Shown: piece by piece, positions 1 through 8,725 of the stretch
Layout: the number at the start of each line of letters is the position of its first letter
How positions within the stretch are numbered: the first letter of the stretch is position 1
NCBI GenBank assembly: GCA_965215605.1
Contig: OZ244070.1
Span: forward strand, 2,112,001-2,176,000
DNA: 64,000 nt
DNA from: an uncultured Candidatus Binatia bacterium
GTDB lineage: Bacteria > Desulfobacterota > Binatia > UBA9968 > JAJDTQ01
Direction: 5' to 3'
Position numbers and translations under genes: made by a program
Notes under the pieces: generated by a model
Database searches by the model: none
Told to the model about the DNA's origin: nothing
The model's input: only the letters and a program-made list of their open reading frames with translations

Positions 1-180
1 CGCGACGTGTATGCGCGGGGCTCCGATGATGGTGGACCCGGGCTCGCGTCCCGTACCCTCGCCCGAGGGCTCGCGGTATTCGAAAACGGCGGCGCCCGGC
101 TGCCATTCGTTCGCGGTGGACGGTGGGACGAGCGCCGCCAACCCGGCGGCCATTAACGCAGCGCACAGCATCAGTCTCAT
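1..180 (-). CDS. Partial (runs off the window start) hypothetical secreted protein
   Basis: Manual translation MRLMLCAALMAAGLAALVPPSTANEWQPG...; signal-peptide-like N-terminus, GAGGA upstream, no stop before position 1. Confidence 0.55.
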   Translation of the reverse strand, partial: MRLMLCAALMAAGLAALVPPSTANEWQPGAAVFEYREPSGEGTGREPGSTIIGAPRIHVA

Positions 181-348
181 AGGGCCGTCCTCATCATCGC
201 GGGGTCCGGTCGTGGCTTTCCCCTGAGACAGGGAGCACCGGGCCGTTGAACTTGCCTGAAATCCAGAGTTCAGTTGTAATTTCCAGACGCCGATTATACC
301 ATCTTTTGCCCAGAGCGTTTAGAAGGGATCGAAAAAGAAGGGACCGAA

Positions 349-1212
349 ATGCCTTTTGTCGCCGCGTTGGCAGCCAGCCACGCTCCCAACATGCTACTGG
401 ACCCGGGCGCCGAGTGGGAAGAGTTCATGACGCTGCACTACCGCATGGCGCCACAGGCGGCCGGCGCCAAGCCGTCCCTGGAAGTGCAGCAGAAGCTGCG
501 GACCGATGCGGAGAACGCGTTCTCGGTGCTCCGCCGCGACCTCGAGGCCGCCAGGCCCGACGTACTGATCGTGGTCGCCAACGATCAGTTCGTGAACTTT
601 TTCTTCGACAACATCCCGACTTTCTTCGTCACCCTGTCGGACGAGGTCCACGGCCGGTTCACCCGGCACGACTTCCACTACCGGAATCACCCGGCGTTGG
701 GCCGGGCGATCCTGGAGGCCGGCGTCGCCTCCGGGCTGGACCTTTCCTTCGGCGAGGACATCGAGCTGCAGCACACCCAGATGGTGCCGCTGCATTTCCT
801 TCTGCCCGAGCCGGACATCCCCATCCTGCCGATCTTCGTCAACACGTGGATCGACCCCCTGCCCACGCCGGCCCGCTGCTACGCGCTGGGGAGCCTGATC
901 CGGCAGGTGGCGGACGCGTCTTCCGACCGGGTGGCCGTGCTCGCCACCGGCGGGCTGTCGCATTTCCCCGGCTCGCCGCGGATAGGCGAGATCGACACCA
1001 GCTTCGATGAAGGTCTGCTCCGGCAGATGCGGGCGGGCGCCGGGCCGGCCCTGGCCGAGTTGACGCTGGAGCAGTTGCGGCAGTCGGGAAACTCGGAGTT
1101 TCTCAACTGGATGGTGACGGTCGGGGCGGTGGGCGATGCCCCGGCCTCCGACAGCTTCTACATGCCCGACCACGTCGCCACCGGGTGGGGCTTCGTGAGC
1201 TGGAAGATCTGA
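349..1212 (+). CDS. LigB-family (class III) extradiol ring-cleavage dioxygenase, catalytic subunit
   Basis: SHAP, DVLIVVANDQFVNFF, LATGGLSHFPG and SGNSEFLNW motifs typical of the LigB/MhpB family. Confidence 0.85.
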   Translation: MPFVAALAASHAPNMLLDPGAEWEEFMTLHYRMAPQAAGAKPSLEVQQKLRTDAENAFSVLRRDLEAARPDVLIVVANDQFVNFFFDNIPTFFVTLSDEVHGRFTRHDFHYRNHPALGRAILEAGVASGLDLSFGEDIELQHTQMVPLHFLLPEPDIPILPIFVNTWIDPLPTPARCYALGSLIRQVADASSDRVAVLATGGLSHFPGSPRIGEIDTSFDEGLLRQMRAGAGPALAELTLEQLRQSGNSEFLNWMVTVGAVGDAPASDSFYMPDHVATGWGFVSWKI

Positions 1213-1457
1213 TGAGCCGCTACCACCTGAACCGGTTTCTTTTCGACCTGAAGATGAAACCGGACACCCTGAGCCGGGCGCGCACGGACCTGGACAAGGC
1301 CTTGTCGGACTATGACCTGAGCGCCGAAGAGATCGCCGCCCTGAAGAGCAGGGATCCGCGGCAGTTGCGGCCGCTGGGCGCACACGGGATGCTGTCGCTT
1401 TACCTGATGCGGCTGGACCCGGAGTTCGACGACAACATCTATTGGACACAGAAGTGA
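1212..1457 (+). CDS. LigA-like small subunit of aromatic ring-opening dioxygenase
   Basis: MSRYHLNRFLFDL...YDLSAEEIAAL...LGAHGML pattern; TGATG overlap with the upstream LigB gene. Confidence 0.75.
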   Translation: MSRYHLNRFLFDLKMKPDTLSRARTDLDKALSDYDLSAEEIAALKSRDPRQLRPLGAHGMLSLYLMRLDPEFDDNIYWTQK

Positions 1458-1523
1458 GTATCCGCCGGGACGGCGCTTTCAGGCCCGTCGTGCGGACACC
1501 CTAACCTGAACGAGGAGCTTTGG

Positions 1524-2315
1524 ATGGATCTGGGATTGGCAGGCAAGGTGGCGCTGGTGGGCGGCGCGAGCCAGGGAATGGGACGGGCCATCGCCAAGGG
1601 TTTTGCCGCGGAAGGCGCCAAGATGAGCATTTGCGCCAGAGGCGGTGACGCCCTCGAAAGCGCCGCGGAGGAGATTCGGCAGGCCACGGGCGGGGACGTT
1701 CTCGTCACGGTGGCGGACATGTCCAAGTACGACGACATCCGGAACTTCGTGGCCCGGAGCGTCGAGGCCTTCGGGCGGGTGGACGTGGTGGTGAACAACG
1801 CCGGCGGGCCTCCGTTCGGAGCGTTCGACGCGTTGAGCGAGGACGACTGGATGGCGGCGTACAATCTGAGCCTCATGGGCACGGTCAGGCTTACGCGGGA
1901 GACGGCGCCGCACATGAAGAAGGCGGGCGCGGGCCGCGTCATCAACATCACCTCCTACGGCATCAAGGAGCCCATCCCCGGCCTGGTCCTGTCCAACACC
2001 TTCCGCACGGGCGTGGTGGGCTGGGCCAAGACGCTGTCCCGGGAGCTGGCGCCCGACAACATCCTCATCAACACCGTAATGCCCGGACGCATCGACACCG
2101 AGCGCCATCACAACCTCAACGTGGCCCGGGCCAAGCGGCTCAACCTGCCCCTGGAAGAGGTCCAGAAACAGAGCAAGGCCGAGATCGCCCTGGGCCGTTT
2201 CGGCCAGTCCGAGGAAGTCGCGGACCTGGTGGTGTTTCTTGGCTCCGACCGCGCGAGCTACATCACCGGGACTACGCTCCTGATCGACGGCGGCCTCGTC
2301 AGGACACTCATGTAG
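1524..2315 (+). CDS. Short-chain dehydrogenase/reductase (SDR)
   Basis: GASQGMG Rossmann motif, [22 protein letters not shown]. Confidence 0.9.
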   Translation: MDLGLAGKVALVGGASQGMGRAIAKGFAAEGAKMSICARGGDALESAAEEIRQATGGDVLVTVADMSKYDDIRNFVARSVEAFGRVDVVVNNAGGPPFGAFDALSEDDWMAAYNLSLMGTVRLTRETAPHMKKAGAGRVINITSYGIKEPIPGLVLSNTFRTGVVGWAKTLSRELAPDNILINTVMPGRIDTERHHNLNVARAKRLNLPLEEVQKQSKAEIALGRFGQSEEVADLVVFLGSDRASYITGTTLLIDGGLVRTLM

Positions 2316-2382
2316 GATGGAGGCAGGCAGGTCGGAAAGGGTATGCGCGCGGCAGGGCAGGTAGGGTCAACAACACAAGGAA

Positions 2383-2721
2383 ATGCGAGTTATGGTGTAC
2401 TACATCGTCCACTGGGACCTGCCGGACCAGAAGGCCAACCTGACGATTTACAGCAACAAGGCCAAGAACGACTGGCTGCCCACGACGCTGGCGGCCCCAG
2501 GTGTCCGGGAGATCCGCAATCTCCGCAACCCCCTGGAGGTCAGCCCCCAGGTCGCGATCATGATCGAGTTCGAATCGCTCCAGGCGTGGTCGGGCTTTGT
2601 CGAGTCGCAAGACTACATCCGGATCATGCGCGAGTTGAGGATTCTCGGCTGCACCAACTTCAACACACAGGTGTGGGCCCCGTCCCGCTACTTCCCGGAG
2701 TCGCTGAAGCGGGACGGCTAG
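2383..2721 (+). CDS. Hypothetical protein, possible dimeric alpha-beta barrel (EthD/Dabb-like)
   Basis: 112 aa with PGV, IEFES and coding-like GC3 bias. Confidence 0.55.
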   Translation: MRVMVYYIVHWDLPDQKANLTIYSNKAKNDWLPTTLAAPGVREIRNLRNPLEVSPQVAIMIEFESLQAWSGFVESQDYIRIMRELRILGCTNFNTQVWAPSRYFPESLKRDG

Positions 2722-2773
2722 AAACGGCGGCCGCCTCGTTCGATCCTGACAGGGGGCAGAGAGGAGGATAACG

Positions 2774-3634
2774 ATGTTATCTTTCACGAACGTTAAGTCG
2801 TCAATTGAACTGAGCCTGCCGCTGGCCGCACGAGCGGCAGCGGTGTGTGCGCTCGCCTTGTGGGTCGGTACCCTTGCCGCAAGTCCCGCCTTTGCCGGGT
2901 TCCGGGAGGGCCGCGCCGCGTACAGGGCCAAGGACTTTGGGACCGCTCTGGAAGAGTTCCGCCGGGCCGCAGAGCGCGGTCATTCCGCCTCACAGTACCA
3001 TCTCGGTATGATGCACCGCCGGGGTCAGGGGATTAGAAAAGACTTCGCGGAAGCGGCGCGGTGGTACCGGAAGGCCGGAGAACAGGGTCACGTCCGGGCG
3101 CAGTACTGGCTCGGTGTGATGTATCGGCGGGGTCAGGGGGTGACCAAGGATCTTGCGGAGGCAGCGCGGTGGTGGAGGAAGGCCGCGGAGCAGGGGTATG
3201 CTGGAGCACAATACAATCTTGGTGCGTTTCTTCAGCGGGGGAAGGGCGTGAAGCGGGACTTTGCGGAGGCCGTGGTTTTGTACCGGAAGGCTGCTGAGCA
3301 AGGCCATGCAGGGGCTCAGAACCAACTCTGCTATTTGTATTCATTAGGCAAGGGAGTAGCGGAAAACAAGTCCGAATCGAGGCGGTGGTGCCTGAAAGCC
3401 GCGGAGCAGGGCAATCCCGTATCACAGTACAGCATGGGTTTGTTGTTGGGATGGGGCAGAGGCGGCCCGGAAGACGTCGTCGAGGCCTACAAATGGATGA
3501 GCCTCTCGCTGGCGAAAAAGCCGGATGAGGGGCGCGCGCATACCCTTGGCCGGTTGGAAGAGAAAATGACATACGCCGAGATCGCCGAGGCGAAGGAACG
3601 CGCGAAGAACTGGCGTCCCAAGAGGCGGAAATGA
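2774..3634 (+). CDS. Secreted Sel1-like repeat protein
   Basis: Signal peptide (…SPAFA) and repeated AQYxLGxMYxxGxGVxKDxAEAARWYRKAAEQG units. Confidence 0.9.
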   Translation: MLSFTNVKSSIELSLPLAARAAAVCALALWVGTLAASPAFAGFREGRAAYRAKDFGTALEEFRRAAERGHSASQYHLGMMHRRGQGIRKDFAEAARWYRKAGEQGHVRAQYWLGVMYRRGQGVTKDLAEAARWWRKAAEQGYAGAQYNLGAFLQRGKGVKRDFAEAVVLYRKAAEQGHAGAQNQLCYLYSLGKGVAENKSESRRWCLKAAEQGNPVSQYSMGLLLGWGRGGPEDVVEAYKWMSLSLAKKPDEGRAHTLGRLEEKMTYAEIAEAKERAKNWRPKRRK

Positions 3635-4356
3635 AGCCTCGCGCACGGTGGAGATCCACGACCGGGGTTCGCCTTGCCTCGTGGTTTCTGGCGTTTGTTT
3701 ACGCTGCGACCCCCGCCCTTGCCGGTTTCATCGAGGGCCGTGACGCGTACGCCAAGGGCGATTACGAGACGGCATATGCTGAGTTCCGCGAGGCCGCGGA
3801 CCGCGGTCATGCCGCGGCCCAGTATCACCTCGGTATGATGTACCGTCGCGCACAGGGGGTGAAGAAAGACCATGCGCAAGCCGCCCGGTGGTACCGCAAA
3901 TCCGCAGAACAGGGCCATGTCAAGGCGCAGTACTGGCTCGGAGTCATGTATCGTAGGGCTTGGGGCATAAAGCAGGATTACGCGGAGGCGGCGCAATGGT
4001 ACCGCCGGGCTGCGGAACGCGGTCATGCCGGAGCGCAGAACAACCTCGGGTATCTGTATAGCGCGGGTAAAGGGGTTGTGCGCGACGCCGTGAAGGCAGT
4101 GGAGTGGTATCGGAAGGCTGCGGAACAGGGTTACCCCATGGGCCAGTTCAACCTCGGGAATATGTTCGCGCACGGTAGAGGTGTCGCTCAGAACGACGTT
4201 GAAGCCTACAAATGGGTCAGCCTGTTCGTGGCGAAGAAGCCGGATAGCCAGCATGCTTGGATACTTGGCCACTTGGAAGAACGCATGACGCAGATGGAGA
4301 TCGTAGAGGCGAAAGAGCGGGCCAGGAACTGGCGCCCAAGCTCCCGCAAGTACTAG
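3631..4356 (+). CDS. Secreted Sel1-like repeat protein (paralog of the upstream gene)
   Basis: Same Sel1 units, signal peptide (…TPALA), ATGA overlap. Confidence 0.9.
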   Translation: MKPRARWRSTTGVRLASWFLAFVYAATPALAGFIEGRDAYAKGDYETAYAEFREAADRGHAAAQYHLGMMYRRAQGVKKDHAQAARWYRKSAEQGHVKAQYWLGVMYRRAWGIKQDYAEAAQWYRRAAERGHAGAQNNLGYLYSAGKGVVRDAVKAVEWYRKAAEQGYPMGQFNLGNMFAHGRGVAQNDVEAYKWVSLFVAKKPDSQHAWILGHLEERMTQMEIVEAKERARNWRPSSRKY

Positions 4357-4409
4357 CGACGTGCGCCTCAAAGCGTATTCGCCCTGCTTGCTCGCTGCCT
4401 CCTGCCGCC

Positions 4410-4994
4410 GTGGGTGCTACTCGACAAAGATTCGACATCCTCCAGACCCGGACGCCGAAGGCCATCGCCGGGGACGACTTCCGCCCGGCCGCCGTCCTGG
4501 CCCCGATACAGGAACGCCCGGACGGGGACCATCTTGTCCTGATCCTCCGTGCGGACAACCTGAGTTCCCACAGCGGTCAGGTTGCGTTTCCCGGCGGTAG
4601 CGTCGACCCGGCTGACCTCGACGCGTTGGCAACAGCGTTGCGCGAGACCGAGGAAGAGATCGGCGTGGACCCCGGCCACGTGCGCATCCTGGGACAGCTC
4701 GACCAGGTGTTTGCGGGCTACAACTTCCTGGTGACTCCATTCGTGGGGCTGATTCCCTACCCGTATGAGTTCCGTCCCGATCCACGGGAGACGGCGGAGG
4801 TGTTCTCCGTGCCGGTGGCAGCGTTGCTGAGGCAGGAGGCGCTCACGCTCGACTCCCGCCTCTCACAGAGGTCGGAGCCCATCTACCACTTCCAGTATCG
4901 GGAGTGGGACATCTGGGGGGCGACGGCCCGGATGGTCAAGCAGTTGCTCGAGCTCGTCTACGGTTACGAGGCGAGGGCGGCGAGGCCGTGGTGA
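4410..4994 (+). CDS. Nudix hydrolase, CoA pyrophosphatase family (start uncertain)
   Basis: AAVL, HSGQVAFPGG, ALRETEEEIG Nudix box, IWGATA. Confidence 0.85.
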   Translation: MGATRQRFDILQTRTPKAIAGDDFRPAAVLAPIQERPDGDHLVLILRADNLSSHSGQVAFPGGSVDPADLDALATALRETEEEIGVDPGHVRILGQLDQVFAGYNFLVTPFVGLIPYPYEFRPDPRETAEVFSVPVAALLRQEALTLDSRLSQRSEPIYHFQYREWDIWGATARMVKQLLELVYGYEARAARPW

Positions 4995-5030
4995 CAGGGA
5001 GCGGAAGGGAAATCCGCTTTCGCGGGAAGG

Positions 5031-5339
5031 TTAGTCGAGGTCGATGTCCTTGAGGGGCTTCTCGATGGGCTCGTCCTTGGCTTTCTTGAACAGCTCCTGG
5101 AACTTGCGGTCCAGCACCTTGCCCTTGTCCTTTTCCGCGTGGAGGATGTCGCGGTACTTCTGATCGCGCTGGGTCGCTTCTTCCCGGAGCAGGCGGCCGG
5201 CGTCCTTGAGCTCCGGCGCCTTGTGCGTCGGCGGCGGCAGTTCGTGCCGCAGCACCACCGCCAGCGACGGGTCCACGAACAGGGTTGCCCCGCAGCACGG
5301 GCATTCCAGCTTGATGGTCGTGGCTTCCTGGTCCGGCAT
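5031..5339 (-). CDS. Hypothetical protein with N-terminal CPCC zinc knuckle and coiled coil
   Basis: LECPCCGATLFVD followed by a charged helical region. Confidence 0.65.
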   Translation of the reverse strand: MPDQEATTIKLECPCCGATLFVDPSLAVVLRHELPPPTHKAPELKDAGRLLREEATQRDQKYRDILHAEKDKGKVLDRKFQELFKKAKDEPIEKPLKDIDLD

Positions 5340-5374
5340 GAGGGTTCCCTTGCTGCGCTGCGGCCTGCAGTCTG

Positions 5375-5743
5375 CTAGCCTCGCAGCTCGATCTGCTCGC
5401 CGTCGGGGCCGCCGAAGACGACCCGGCGCCAGCCTTCTTCCCGCGGCTCCCGCGCCGCGGTGCCGTGAGGCGCCCTCAGCAACGGCACGCCGCGCCGTTG
5501 CAACTCCGCGACGGTCTCGTCGAAGCTGTCGGTCTCCAGGCAGAAGTGAAAGCCGGCCATGGAGCCGTCGCTCCGGTGGGTCAACTCCAGTACCGTGTCA
5601 CCCAGCTTGAGGTAAGCGATCTGCATCCCCGCCGTCGCCTCGTGCTGGAAATACTTCCGGAAGCCGAAGTTCTCCTCGTAGAAGGCGATGGTCCGGTCCA
5701 GGTCCGTGACATGCAGGGCTACGTGGTCGATTCTCTTGAACAT
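5375..5743 (-). CDS. VOC/glyoxalase family protein
   Basis: IDHVALHVTDLDRTIAFY, FHFCL, GPDGEQIEL. Confidence 0.85.
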   Translation of the reverse strand: MFKRIDHVALHVTDLDRTIAFYEENFGFRKYFQHEATAGMQIAYLKLGDTVLELTHRSDGSMAGFHFCLETDSFDETVAELQRRGVPLLRAPHGTAAREPREEGWRRVVFGGPDGEQIELRG

Positions 5744-5850
5744 GCGATATCCTGCCGCGAATATAGCACGATTGCGGTTCGAAGTCGCAAACACGGTCCT
5801 CGCCACTCCCTTGCTTCCCTTGCCTCGAACCTGCACCATGAGTTCCATCC

Positions 5851-6543
5851 ATGCCCGTCTATCGCTTGAGCCGGGAGCTCGCCTTTCCTTCCCCGCAAGA
5901 GGCCGAACCGAGCGGGCTGCTGGCTGTGGGAGGCGACCTGGGCAGCGCGCGCCTCCTGCTGGCGTACTCCATGGGCATCTTCCCTTGGTATAGCCAGGGG
6001 CAACCGATCCTGTGGTGGTCGCCGGACCCGCGGTGCGTCCTCGCCCTGACCGACTTTCACGTCTCCAGGCGGCTGCGGCGCGGCCTGAACCAGGGGAAGT
6101 TCCGGGTCAGTTTCGATGAGGATTTCCGGGGCGTGATCCGCGCCTGCGCATCAGTGGACCGGCCCGGTCAGGAAGGTACCTGGATCACGCCGGAGATGGA
6201 ACGGGCCTACGTCCGCCTTCATGAGGCGGGGCTGGCGCATTCGGTCGAATGCTGGCTCGGCAGGCACTTGGTCGGAGGGATCTACGGCATCGCCCTGGGC
6301 AGGGGTTTCTTCGGCGAGTCGATGTTCCACCGGGAGGCGGACGCCTCCAAGGTGGCGCTGGCGCGGCTCGTGGACCGGCTCGCCGGCTGGGCCTTCCATT
6401 TCATCGATGCGCAGGTTACAACTTCGCATATGCTGAGCTTGGGCGCCCGGGAGGTCCCCCGCACGGCTTTTCTGAAGAGCCTGGAGGAAGCATTGCGCTA
6501 TCCCACCCGGCGCGGAAGCTGGCGGGGCGCTCACGAAGCCTGA
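5851..6543 (+). CDS. aat: Leucyl/phenylalanyl-tRNA--protein transferase
   Basis: GLLAVGGDL, GIFPW, LWWSPDPR, TWIT, AHSVECW, FFGESMF, ASKVA. Confidence 0.95.
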   Translation: MPVYRLSRELAFPSPQEAEPSGLLAVGGDLGSARLLLAYSMGIFPWYSQGQPILWWSPDPRCVLALTDFHVSRRLRRGLNQGKFRVSFDEDFRGVIRACASVDRPGQEGTWITPEMERAYVRLHEAGLAHSVECWLGRHLVGGIYGIALGRGFFGESMFHREADASKVALARLVDRLAGWAFHFIDAQVTTSHMLSLGAREVPRTAFLKSLEEALRYPTRRGSWRGAHEA

Positions 6544-6584
6544 ACGCGGAGACACGCGGACGACAGAGAAGGGAGGGGCCTCGG

Positions 6585-6770
6585 ATGGCCACGGTCAAGG
6601 AAGCGTTTACCTACAAGTACCAATCGACCAAGAACTCCGACATCGAGGAGTTCGAGTTCTCGCCGGGAGACGAGGTGGAGGTGGTGAAGGAGTGGAGCAA
6701 CGACATGTGTCTGGTGAAAAACGGCGACGGCGTGGTCTTCAACGTGCCGACGAAGAATCTCGATCTATAG
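6585..6770 (+). CDS. Small (61 aa) stand-alone SH3-like protein
   Basis: MATVKEAFTYKYQSTKNSDIEEFEFSPGDEVEVVKEWSNDMCLVKNGDGVVFNVPTKNLDL; GGAGG RBS; spacing matches the SH3 consensus. Confidence 0.7.
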   Translation: MATVKEAFTYKYQSTKNSDIEEFEFSPGDEVEVVKEWSNDMCLVKNGDGVVFNVPTKNLDL

Positions 6771-6797
6771 TGCGACCGCAGTCGGGCGGGCCGGCCG

Positions 6798-8030
6798 TCA
6801 CGCGCCGCGGAACTCTTCGGGGAAGAGCCGCACGGCGCTCTCGATGGGCGGGCCGGGCATGTTGATCAGGCTGCAGAACCCCTTCCCCTTGTTGAAGGCG
6901 ATTACCTTCCCGAACTGCTCCGTCAGCGCATCGCTCCCCTCACCCTGCTGAACCTTCTTGATCAGCGCCGCGAGCATGTTGGTCTCCATGCGGCAGGCCG
7001 GACATTGGCCGCAGGACTCTTTCGCGAAGAAGTCCGCGATCCGCGCCACCTCATCCACCACCGAATCGTCCTCGGTGAGGATCTTGACGACGCCGCACCC
7101 GATGGATGAGCCCGCCTCCCGCAAGGAGCCGTGATCCAGCGGCAGGTCGAGGCTGTCCGGCAGCAGGAACCCCGATGACGGACCGCCCGGGAGAATGGCC
7201 TTGATCCGCTTGCCGTCCTTCAGGCCGCCGCCGCATTCTTCCACGAGGTGGCGCAAGGGGGTCCCCAACGGCAGTTCGTAGACGCCGGGCCGTTCCATCT
7301 CGTCCCCCAGTGAAAAGATCATGGTGCCGGGACTGTCGCCGGTGCCGAAGGAGCGGAACCATTCCGGCCCCCTGGCGACGATGGGGGCGATGTTGGCCAG
7401 CGTTTCCACGTTGTTGACCAAGCTGGGCTTGCCGAACAGGCCCTCGGTGACCGGGAAAGGCGGCTTCTGACGGGGCAGGGGCTCCTTCCCCTCGATGACT
7501 TCCAGGGCGGCGGTGTCCTCTCCGGCCACGTAGTTGGACGGCGCGGCCACGATTACGAGCTCGACGGCGAAACCCGAACCGGCGACGTCGTCGCCCCAGT
7601 AGCCCGCCTCCCGGGCTTCGCGCATGGCGGTTTCCACCGCGCCGGTAGCGGCCCTATAGCCGTGGTTGATGTAGAGGTAGGCCTTTTCCGCCCGCACGGC
7701 GTAGGCCGCTAGAATGATCCCCTCCAGGAGGAGGTGGGGAACATTCTCCATGAGCACGCGGTCCTTCTTGCTGCCGGGCTCGTCCTCGCCGCCGTTCATG
7801 ACCACGTAGTGGGGCGTTTCGGGACATTCCAGGGTAAGGGCGAGCTTCCTGCCGGTGGGGAAACCGGCGCCTCCGCGGCCGCGCAGGCCGGAAGCCTCCA
7901 CTTTCGCGATGACGTCCTGGGGGGACAACTCCTTCAGCCGGCCGAGGGCGTCGTAGCCCCCTCGCGAGCGGTAGGCGTCAAGCCCCCCGAGCCCCTCCAC
8001 CACGCCTCGCGGGAACAGGATGCCCTCCAT
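6798..8030 (-). CDS. Stand-alone NuoF/HoxF-like NAD(P)H-binding FMN/[4Fe-4S] protein
   Basis: GLRGRGGAGFPTG, DEPGSKKDR, YVAGEDTA, NNVETLAN, CGQCPAC…C. Confidence 0.9.
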   Translation of the reverse strand: MEGILFPRGVVEGLGGLDAYRSRGGYDALGRLKELSPQDVIAKVEASGLRGRGGAGFPTGRKLALTLECPETPHYVVMNGGEDEPGSKKDRVLMENVPHLLLEGIILAAYAVRAEKAYLYINHGYRAATGAVETAMREAREAGYWGDDVAGSGFAVELVIVAAPSNYVAGEDTAALEVIEGKEPLPRQKPPFPVTEGLFGKPSLVNNVETLANIAPIVARGPEWFRSFGTGDSPGTMIFSLGDEMERPGVYELPLGTPLRHLVEECGGGLKDGKRIKAILPGGPSSGFLLPDSLDLPLDHGSLREAGSSIGCGVVKILTEDDSVVDEVARIADFFAKESCGQCPACRMETNMLAALIKKVQQGEGSDALTEQFGKVIAFNKGKGFCSLINMPGPPIESAVRLFPEEFRGA

Positions 8031-8035
8031 GACGG

Positions 8036-8359
8036 CTAAAAGACTCCGGTGTCGAGCAACTGGTAGATGAGTTCCTTGAGAGAGGGGTCGATCTTGTCCA
8101 GCCGGTCCACGTGCGGGCCTCCGGCTAGGTGCGCGACGACGTCGTCAACGTCCTCTTTCTTCACACCGGCGTACCAGAACCTGTCGGGGTAGACGACCAT
8201 GTTGGGGCCTTCCTGGCATGCGCCGAAACACATGTAGGAACGCACCTCCACGTCGTCCAGCCCCTTGGCCGCCACCCGCTCCTGCAGTTCCTTCATCAGC
8301 TCCTCGGAGCCCCGGCTCTTGCAGTCGACATTTTGGCAGACGAGGCAGAAACGATTCAC
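8036..8359 (-). CDS. Thioredoxin-like [2Fe-2S] ferredoxin (NuoE-like)
   Basis: VCQNVDC and CFGACQEGPNMVVYP. Confidence 0.85.
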   Translation of the reverse strand: MNRFCLVCQNVDCKSRGSEELMKELQERVAAKGLDDVEVRSYMCFGACQEGPNMVVYPDRFWYAGVKKEDVDDVVAHLAGGPHVDRLDKIDPSLKELIYQLLDTGVF

Positions 8360-8384
8360 AGGGTTTTCCTTGCTGGCGGGACGG

Positions 8385-8563
8385 GTTCATTTGAAGAACC
8401 CAGTCCTTGTCCTTGAAAATCTCGCTCAGGACACGCTTGTTCTCGGCGCTGGGAAGCGCCTCGGAAAGATGTTTCTCATATTCCGTCTCGGAGAGCAAAT
8501 TGTCGTCGACGCCGTAGTGAATGCCCGCGTGGTCGTCGATAGAGCGAACGATCGTTCGCTCAT
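8385..8563 (-). pseudogene. C-terminal remnant resembling a BoxB/PaaA-type diiron acyl-CoA epoxidase
   Basis: Frame reads RSIDDHAGIHYGVDDNLLSETEYEKHLSEALPSAENKRVLSEIFKDKDWVLQMN, preceded by an in-frame TAG; resembles the BoxB-family C-terminal tail (recalled, not searched). Confidence 0.5.
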
Positions 8564-8725
8564 GCTATTGCATCGTCGGCCCAAGGTCAACCCCCTTGGG
8601 GGAATGGCCGTTTTGCGGCGGCGGATTTCTCCCGCCTACCCTTTCCTTTGGGCCGGATTTGTGAAACAAGAAGAGTTTAAATTCAGTGGTGGCGTCTCGG
8701 GACGCGAAAGCTCAGGAGGCTCGCT

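Noticed and set aside
6798-8359. Respiratory complex I operon
   Set aside because: No other nuo genes are adjacent; these are stand-alone paralogs.
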